The notes beneath the pieces are model-generated. The model was not told where the DNA came from. It ran no database searches and saw only the letters and a list, made by a program, of their open reading frames with translations. Shown one piece after another: positions 58,416 through 64,000 of a DNA stretch of 64,000 nt. The translations under genes were made by a program, and so were the position numbers. Numbering within the stretch: the first letter of the stretch is position 1; every line of letters starts with the position of its first letter. The DNA comes from Blautia wexlerae. GTDB lineage: Bacteria; Bacillota; Clostridia; Lachnospirales; Lachnospiraceae. The stretch lies in contig CAUEAK010000004.1 in NCBI GenBank assembly GCA_958454115.1, forward strand, positions 19,235 to 83,234. The letters are read 5' to 3'.

Positions 58416-59690
58416 CTATTTTCCGAGAGAGTACAGATCTTCATAGAATTCCGGATAGGAAATTTTAACGCAGTCCCCATCTTTGATAGTAAGTGTACCG
58501 TCACAAATTGTACCTGCAACAGCAAAGGACATGGCAATACGGTGATCAAGATAAGAATTGATCTCGGCACCATGAAGTGGCTTTCCTCCATGGATGATCA
58601 TTCCGTCATCAGTCGGCTGAATATCAGTTCCCATGCGTTTCAGCCCTTCTGTTACCACTGCGATACGGTCGGATTCTTTTACCTTCAGCTCCTGTGCGTC
58701 CCTGATAACAGTAGTCCCCTCTGCAAAAGCTGCCATTACAGCGATCATCGGGATTTCATCGATCAGTGTGGGGATGATCTCACCTTCAACAGTGGTTCCG
58801 TGAAGACTGCTTGTGCGGATCAGCAGGTCAGCGGTAGGCTCACCCTCTGTACTTGCATTCAGCAGAGTAATATCAGCCCCCATAGCCTTGCATACACGAA
58901 GCATTCCGTCTCTGGTTGGATTAATGCCTACATTTTTAAGAAGAATCTCACTTCCGGGAGTAAGAAGCCCTGCTGCGATAAAGTAAGCAGCAGAAGAAAT
59001 ATCTCCGGGAACTTTAATCTCGCGTCCGTTCAGTACAGGCTCCGGTTCAATAGAAGCAGTTGTTCCCTGGGAAGTCACATTTGCGCCGAAATAATTCAGC
59101 ATGATTTCTGTATGATTTCTGGAAAGTACCGGCTCAGTAACGCTGGTGATCCCATCTGCATACATACCAGCCAGAAGCACGCAGGATTTTACCTGTGCGG
59201 AAGCAACCGGTGACTGATAATGAGCGGCATGTAAAGGCTTTCCTGTAATACGCAAAGGTGCGCATCCATTGCCTCTAAGACTCACGATATCAGCGCCCAT
59301 AGACAGAAGAGGAGTCATAATCCTTTTCATTGGACGGGACTGAATGGAAGCGTCGCCGTTTAATTCGCTGGTAAAAGACTGTCCTGCCAGAATTCCGGAG
59401 ATCAGTCTTGTGGTAGTCCCGCTGTTTCCCACATCCAGAGTTTCAGACGGAGCACTGAGTCCGTGAAGTCCCTTTCCATGAACGAGGATTTCGGAAGCAT
59501 TTCTTTCAATATCGATTCCCATTTTCCGGAAACAGGAGATAGTAGAGAGACAGTCAGCTCCCTCAAGAAAATGTGTGATCTTTGTAGTACCCTGTGCAAG
59601 AGAACCGAACATGACTGCACGATGAGAAATGGATTTATCTCCGGGTACAGTGAGTTCTCCTCTGAGGTTTGTCTGTTTTTTTATTTCCAT
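58416..59690 (-). CDS. aroA: 3-phosphoshikimate 1-carboxyvinyltransferase
   Basis: 'PGDKSISHR', 'GNSGTT', 'SAQVKS', 'KESDRI', 'DHRIAM'. Confidence 0.95.
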   Translation of the reverse strand: MEIKKQTNLRGELTVPGDKSISHRAVMFGSLAQGTTKITHFLEGADCLSTISCFRKMGIDIERNASEILVHGKGLHGLSAPSETLDVGNSGTTTRLISGILAGQSFTSELNGDASIQSRPMKRIMTPLLSMGADIVSLRGNGCAPLRITGKPLHAAHYQSPVASAQVKSCVLLAGMYADGITSVTEPVLSRNHTEIMLNYFGANVTSQGTTASIEPEPVLNGREIKVPGDISSAAYFIAAGLLTPGSEILLKNVGINPTRDGMLRVCKAMGADITLLNASTEGEPTADLLIRTSSLHGTTVEGEIIPTLIDEIPMIAVMAAFAEGTTVIRDAQELKVKESDRIAVVTEGLKRMGTDIQPTDDGMIIHGGKPLHGAEINSYLDHRIAMSFAVAGTICDGTLTIKDGDCVKISYPEFYEDLYSLGK

Positions 59691-59798
59691 GTTTGATTCC
59701 TGCCTGTTTTTATAATATTTCTGTATTTCCCTGCAGCTATTTATAGCAATCTGCTTTTGACAAAATATTTTTGAAATGAATGTCAAAGGGTGATCTGT

Positions 59799-60890
59799 TT
59801 AGCGTTCGTAGACAATATAATTTCTTTTTTTAAGGAGTGCGGCACCCTTTTCCATAGAGATTCCGTCGTAGAATTCAATTTTAAGGACACCTTCCTCGAA
59901 TTCACGGTTGTGAATGATACCGATATTTTTAATGCTGATCTTCTCCATCGCAAGGATAGTGGCAATCGTAGCAATACCGCCGGCCTCATCCGCAATATCA
60001 AGATACAGGACATAAGCTTTTTTCAGCAGACCATTGTCTACCACATCAATAGAATCACGGTAATCCCTGGAACTTGCAAACATCTGATACAGACTCCTGG
60101 AGTCCTTGTTATCCACAAAACATTTGATCTGAACCAGCAGGCGGATGTAGTCATCCAGAACATTGGAGATATTCTGATTATTTTCCACACAGATCTGCTC
60201 CCACATAATTGGAGAAGAAGAAGCAATACGTGTGATATCACGGAAACCTCCGGCTGCAATCGTTTTCATGTATTCCTGATCACTGTCCAGCATATTGACA
60301 AGATTTACCAGTGCAGAAGCGATAATATGAGGCAGATGGCTGACTCCGGCAGTGATGAAATCGTGTTCTTCACTTGTAAGGACCATCGGGATCGCACCAA
60401 GGGAAGAGATCATCTCTGTGAAATCTGTCAGGCGTTCCAGTGCAACTTCACCGCTCGGAGTGATAATATAGTAAGCATTCTCAATCAGACGGTCACTGGA
60501 AGCTTCGAATCCGGTCTTCTCAGAACCGGCCATTGGATGACCTCCGATAAAACGGGATTCCATTCCAAGACGTTCTACTTCTTTATGGATAATGCCCTTG
60601 ACACTTCCAACATCTGTGAGGATCGTGTCAGGACCGATATTGTCTTTGAAATATTCAAGATATTTTACATTGAATTCTACAGGAGCACACAGGAAAATAT
60701 AATCGCAGCTCCTGAAACGTTCATCATGTTCTTCGCATACAGCATCGATCATATTGCTGCTTACTGCTGCAGCAAGTGTTTCTCGATCCTGATCATAAGC
60801 AAGAAGTCGGTAGTCTTCATGGTATTTTCGGATGGCCTTGGCAATTGATCCGCCAATCAGTCCGAGACCGATAAAACCGATAGTTTTCAT
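59799..60890 (-). CDS. tyrA: Prephenate dehydrogenase with C-terminal ACT domain
   Basis: 'GLGLIGGS', 'DVGSVK', 'GGHPMAG', 'SHLPH', 'GFRDITRIA'. Confidence 0.9.
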   Translation of the reverse strand: MKTIGFIGLGLIGGSIAKAIRKYHEDYRLLAYDQDRETLAAAVSSNMIDAVCEEHDERFRSCDYIFLCAPVEFNVKYLEYFKDNIGPDTILTDVGSVKGIIHKEVERLGMESRFIGGHPMAGSEKTGFEASSDRLIENAYYIITPSGEVALERLTDFTEMISSLGAIPMVLTSEEHDFITAGVSHLPHIIASALVNLVNMLDSDQEYMKTIAAGGFRDITRIASSSPIMWEQICVENNQNISNVLDDYIRLLVQIKCFVDNKDSRSLYQMFASSRDYRDSIDVVDNGLLKKAYVLYLDIADEAGGIATIATILAMEKISIKNIGIIHNREFEEGVLKIEFYDGISMEKGAALLKKRNYIVYER

Positions 60891-61371
60891 AGTGGTTTTT
60901 GCATCCTTTCAGGTAACATTATTCGTAACTGTGAAAATACGGAACAGTTACATGATTTCATAATTTACTATTTTAAAGGATATGATTTGAAAAGTCAATT
61001 CATACGGCACTTTTATACATAAATAATTTAAAGCGACAAAGCGAACGCCGTATCATATGCAGATATCTTCCATGTCTTTCGCACTCTAGGACTGCTATAG
61101 TCAACTGAAAAAACGATGCATTATAAATATTCGTACAATCAAAATCAGTCAGCCAGCTGCGCACTTGAGGTAAAATTCACAGTCGAGATCCGTGAAAATT
61201 ACTGAAAATATATAAAATGCTCATCAATTTACAAGAAGCTCACAAAAAAAGATGTTAAAATTTCATAAAATACTTGAAAAATATAAAAAAATTTAGTAAT
61301 ATATAGCCATATCGTTGCTGCGGACGTTACAGGCGGCAATAACATAACAGACAAACAGGGAGGTACGCAAC

Positions 61372-63462
61372 ATGGATGTATTTAGAACTGACCGAATTAG
61401 AAATGTAGTCCTTTTAGGTCATGGGGGCGCTGGCAAAACTACACTGGCAGAAGCAATGGCTTACTTAGCAGGAATGACTAACCGTCTCGGAAGAGTAGAA
61501 GACGGAAATACTGTCAGCGATTATGACAAAGAAGAGATTAAGAGACATTTTTCCATTTCTACCACATTGATCCCGGTACCGTGGGATAAGGTAAAGATCA
61601 ATGTGCTGGATACTCCCGGATATTTCGATTTCGTAGGCGAAGTAGAAGAAGCAGTAAGCGCAGCAGATGCAGCGATCATTGTAGTTTCCGGTAAAGCAGG
61701 CGTTCAGGTTGGAACACAGAAGGCATGGAACTTATGTGAGAAATATAAACTTCCGAGAATGATCTTTGTCACAGATATGGACGTAGATGATGTCAGCTAC
61801 CGTAAAGTAGTAGAACAGCTCACTGAACTCTACGGCAAGAAGATCGCACCGCTTCACTTCCCGATTCGTGAAGACGGCAAATTTGTAGGATATGTAAATG
61901 TTGTAAAACAGGCAGGACGTAAGTACATAGATAAAGGTAAGAAAGAGGAATGCCCGATTCCTGAATACCTGGATGAATATCTGGAGAAATATCACGATAT
62001 CCTTATGGAATCTGTTGCAGAGACCAGCGAGGAATTCATGGACCGTTATTTTGAAGGTGATACATTCTCGGTAACAGAGGTTTCCGCAGCACTTGCAATG
62101 AACGTACAGGAAGCATCTATCGTACCTGTATGCATGGGCTCACCAATCAATCTTCGTGGTGTATCCAACTTACTGGATGATATCTGCGGATATTTCCCAA
62201 GCCCGGACAAACGCTCCTGCAACGGAATCGCTCAGAAGACAAATGAGATCTTTGAAGCAAACTACGACTTCACGAAAGTGAAATCCGCATATGTGTGGAA
62301 AACAATTGCAGACCCGTTCCTTGGCAAATATTCTCTTATTAAAGTATGCTCCGGTGTTATCAAATCCGATGACACTTTATTAAACGTAGAGAAAGGCGAA
62401 GAAGAACGTCTGAATAAATTATATGTACTTGAAGGATCCAAACCAATCGAGGTTCCGGAACTTCATGCCGGTGATATTGGTGCAATTGCCAAATTAAACA
62501 GCGTACAGACTGGTGACAGCCTTGCGACAAAAGCAAATCCGATTCTTTATCCGAAGGCACTCCTTTCCACACCATATACCTGCAAGAGATTTAAAGCAGT
62601 GAAGAAGGGTGATGAGGATAAGATTTCCCAGGCACTTGCGAAGATGATGAGTGAAGACAAGACACTTCGTGTAGTAAATGACAGTGCAAACCGTCAGAGC
62701 CTTATCTATGGTATCGGTGATCAGCATCTCGATATCGTTATGAATAAATTAAAAGAACGCTACAAAGTAGATGTTGAGCTGAGCAAACCGAAGGTTCCGT
62801 TCCGCGAGACGATCCGTAAGAATGCAGATGTAGAGGGTAAACATAAGAAACAGTCCGGTGGACATGGACAGTATGGACATGTTAAGATGCGTTTCGAGCC
62901 ATCAGGCGATCTGGAGACACCTTATGAATTTGAACAGGTTGTAGTTGGTGGTGCAGTTCCGAAGAACTACTTCCCGGCAGTTGAGAAAGGTCTTCAGGAA
63001 TGCGTATTAAAAGGACCTCTGGCTGCATATCCTGTAGTTGGTGTGAAAGCTACCTTATATGATGGATCTTATCATCCGGTAGACTCCTCAGAAATGGCAT
63101 TCAAGATGGCAACGATTCTTGCATTTAAGAAAGGCTTTATGGATGCATCACCTGTACTCTTAGAGCCAATTGTATCTATGAAAGTAACTGTTCCGGATAA
63201 ATTTACCGGTGATGTTATGGGCGACCTGAACAAACGTCGTGGCCGTGTTCTTGGTATGACTCCTGATCATCAGGGCAATACCATTATTGAGGCAGATGTT
63301 CCACAGCTTGAGATTTATGGATATTCCACAGATCTTCGTTCTATGACAGGTGGAAGTGGAGAATTCTCCTATGAATTCGCACGCTACGAGCAGGCTCCGA
63401 ACGATATCCAGGCAAAAGAAATCGAAGCAAGAGCAAGCAAAGTGGATAAATCTGAAGAATAA
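61372..63462 (+). CDS. fusA: Elongation factor G paralog (EF-G2-like)
   Basis: 'GHGGAGKTT', 'DTPGYFDF', 'KKQSGGHGQYG', 'LLEP'; standalone, not in the str operon. Confidence 0.85.
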   Translation: MDVFRTDRIRNVVLLGHGGAGKTTLAEAMAYLAGMTNRLGRVEDGNTVSDYDKEEIKRHFSISTTLIPVPWDKVKINVLDTPGYFDFVGEVEEAVSAADAAIIVVSGKAGVQVGTQKAWNLCEKYKLPRMIFVTDMDVDDVSYRKVVEQLTELYGKKIAPLHFPIREDGKFVGYVNVVKQAGRKYIDKGKKEECPIPEYLDEYLEKYHDILMESVAETSEEFMDRYFEGDTFSVTEVSAALAMNVQEASIVPVCMGSPINLRGVSNLLDDICGYFPSPDKRSCNGIAQKTNEIFEANYDFTKVKSAYVWKTIADPFLGKYSLIKVCSGVIKSDDTLLNVEKGEEERLNKLYVLEGSKPIEVPELHAGDIGAIAKLNSVQTGDSLATKANPILYPKALLSTPYTCKRFKAVKKGDEDKISQALAKMMSEDKTLRVVNDSANRQSLIYGIGDQHLDIVMNKLKERYKVDVELSKPKVPFRETIRKNADVEGKHKKQSGGHGQYGHVKMRFEPSGDLETPYEFEQVVVGGAVPKNYFPAVEKGLQECVLKGPLAAYPVVGVKATLYDGSYHPVDSSEMAFKMATILAFKKGFMDASPVLLEPIVSMKVTVPDKFTGDVMGDLNKRRGRVLGMTPDHQGNTIIEADVPQLEIYGYSTDLRSMTGGSGEFSYEFARYEQAPNDIQAKEIEARASKVDKSEE

Positions 63463-63661
63463 TAAGAGGCTGGCGGTTACCGACAGAGAGGCAGCAGATA
63501 AATATATCAGCGCTATGAATTAGATGTAAGTATATAAGAAATAAAGAAGACAGGACATTTGACAGAAATGTGAGATGTCCTGTTTTTACTGTTCACTGGT
63601 AGTAACTATAAAATAGGTCCCATTTTTATCGTAAAAACAGCCAATACTGCGAAACGTTACA

Positions 63662-63690
63662 TTGACAAACCGGCGCCATTGAATTAAAAT
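63662..63690 (+). promoter_or_regulatory. Sigma-A promoter of leuS
   Basis: TTGACA, 17 bp, TAAAAT, about 40 nt upstream of the leuS ATG. Confidence 0.65.
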
Positions 63691-63730
63691 GAATTTTTAG
63701 ATATAGCAAAATGTTGGAGGAAGTATAGAG

Positions 63731-64000
63731 ATGAAATACTTGTTTAAAAAGATCGAGCCTAAGTGGCAGGCAAAATGGGAAGAAGCCAAAGTCTTCGAAG
63801 CCAAAGATAACAGTGACAAACCTAAATTCTATGGTCTGGTAGAGTTCCCATATCCAAGCGGTGCCGGTATGCACGTAGGACATATCAAAGCATATTCCAG
63901 TCTGGAGGTTATTTCCAGAAAACGTCGTATGGAAGGCTATAATGTACTTTTCCCGATCGGATTTGATGCATTTGGTCTCCCGACAGAGAACTACGCAGTA
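63731..64000 (+). CDS. leuS: Leucyl-tRNA synthetase, 5' part (runs off the window)
   Basis: [16 protein letters not shown]...[14 protein letters not shown]...[15 protein letters not shown] (HIGH-type motif). Confidence 0.9.
   Translation, partial: MKYLFKKIEPKWQAKWEEAKVFEAKDNSDKPKFYGLVEFPYPSGAGMHVGHIKAYSSLEVISRKRRMEGYNVLFPIGFDAFGLPTENYAV

Noticed and set aside
58413..60848. Long plus-strand ORFs 58413..59213 and 59790..60848
   Set aside because: Antisense shadows of aroA and tyrA with no recognisable motifs.
63470..63730. T-box leader upstream of leuS
   Set aside because: A sigma-A promoter sits about 40 nt before the ATG, leaving no room, and no T-box consensus was seen.
1..64000. tRNA, rRNA, CRISPR array, or a second DGR variable repeat
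   Set aside because: None recognised by eye; a tRNA scan and a TR self-search would be needed to exclude them formally.

Overview
Positions 1 to about 53,750 are the right-hand part of a temperate, contractile-tailed (PBSX/xkd-like myovirus) prophage in a low-GC Bacillota genome; gene style suggests Lachnospiraceae, which is an inference. Gene order is: early replication/recombination genes (PcfK/PcfJ-like, RecU, phage beta-clamp, YopX), a late regulator, a Na+/solute symporter + 2 PP-loop (PAPS-reductase-like) + 2 ParB-like cassette, terminase-portal-head, sheath/tube/tape measure/baseplate, tail fibres, lysis genes, and a moron region (amidoligase + gamma-glutamylcyclotransferase, HTH regulators). 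Host genes follow from about 54,000 (CapA-like, flavodoxin, D-2-hydroxyacid dehydrogenase, aroA, tyrA, EF-G paralog, 5' end of leuS). Two items stand out. (1) A radical-SAM/SPASM maturase, a small partner gene and two CxxxC-repeat proteins (18 and about 64 Cys) sit between the baseplate and tail-fibre genes with no exporter or peptidase, suggesting RiPP-style cross-linking of virion proteins. (2) A diversity-generating retroelement (114-bp TR/VR pair, 14 of 14 mismatches at TR adenines, YMDD reverse transcriptase) targets the tail-fibre C-terminus, has no visible Avd gene, and has an 11-bp inverted repeat bracketing the TR. All family assignments come from motif recognition, not database searches. 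The ORF track labels 51668..52108 and 52156..53082 as + strand, but they read on the minus strand.
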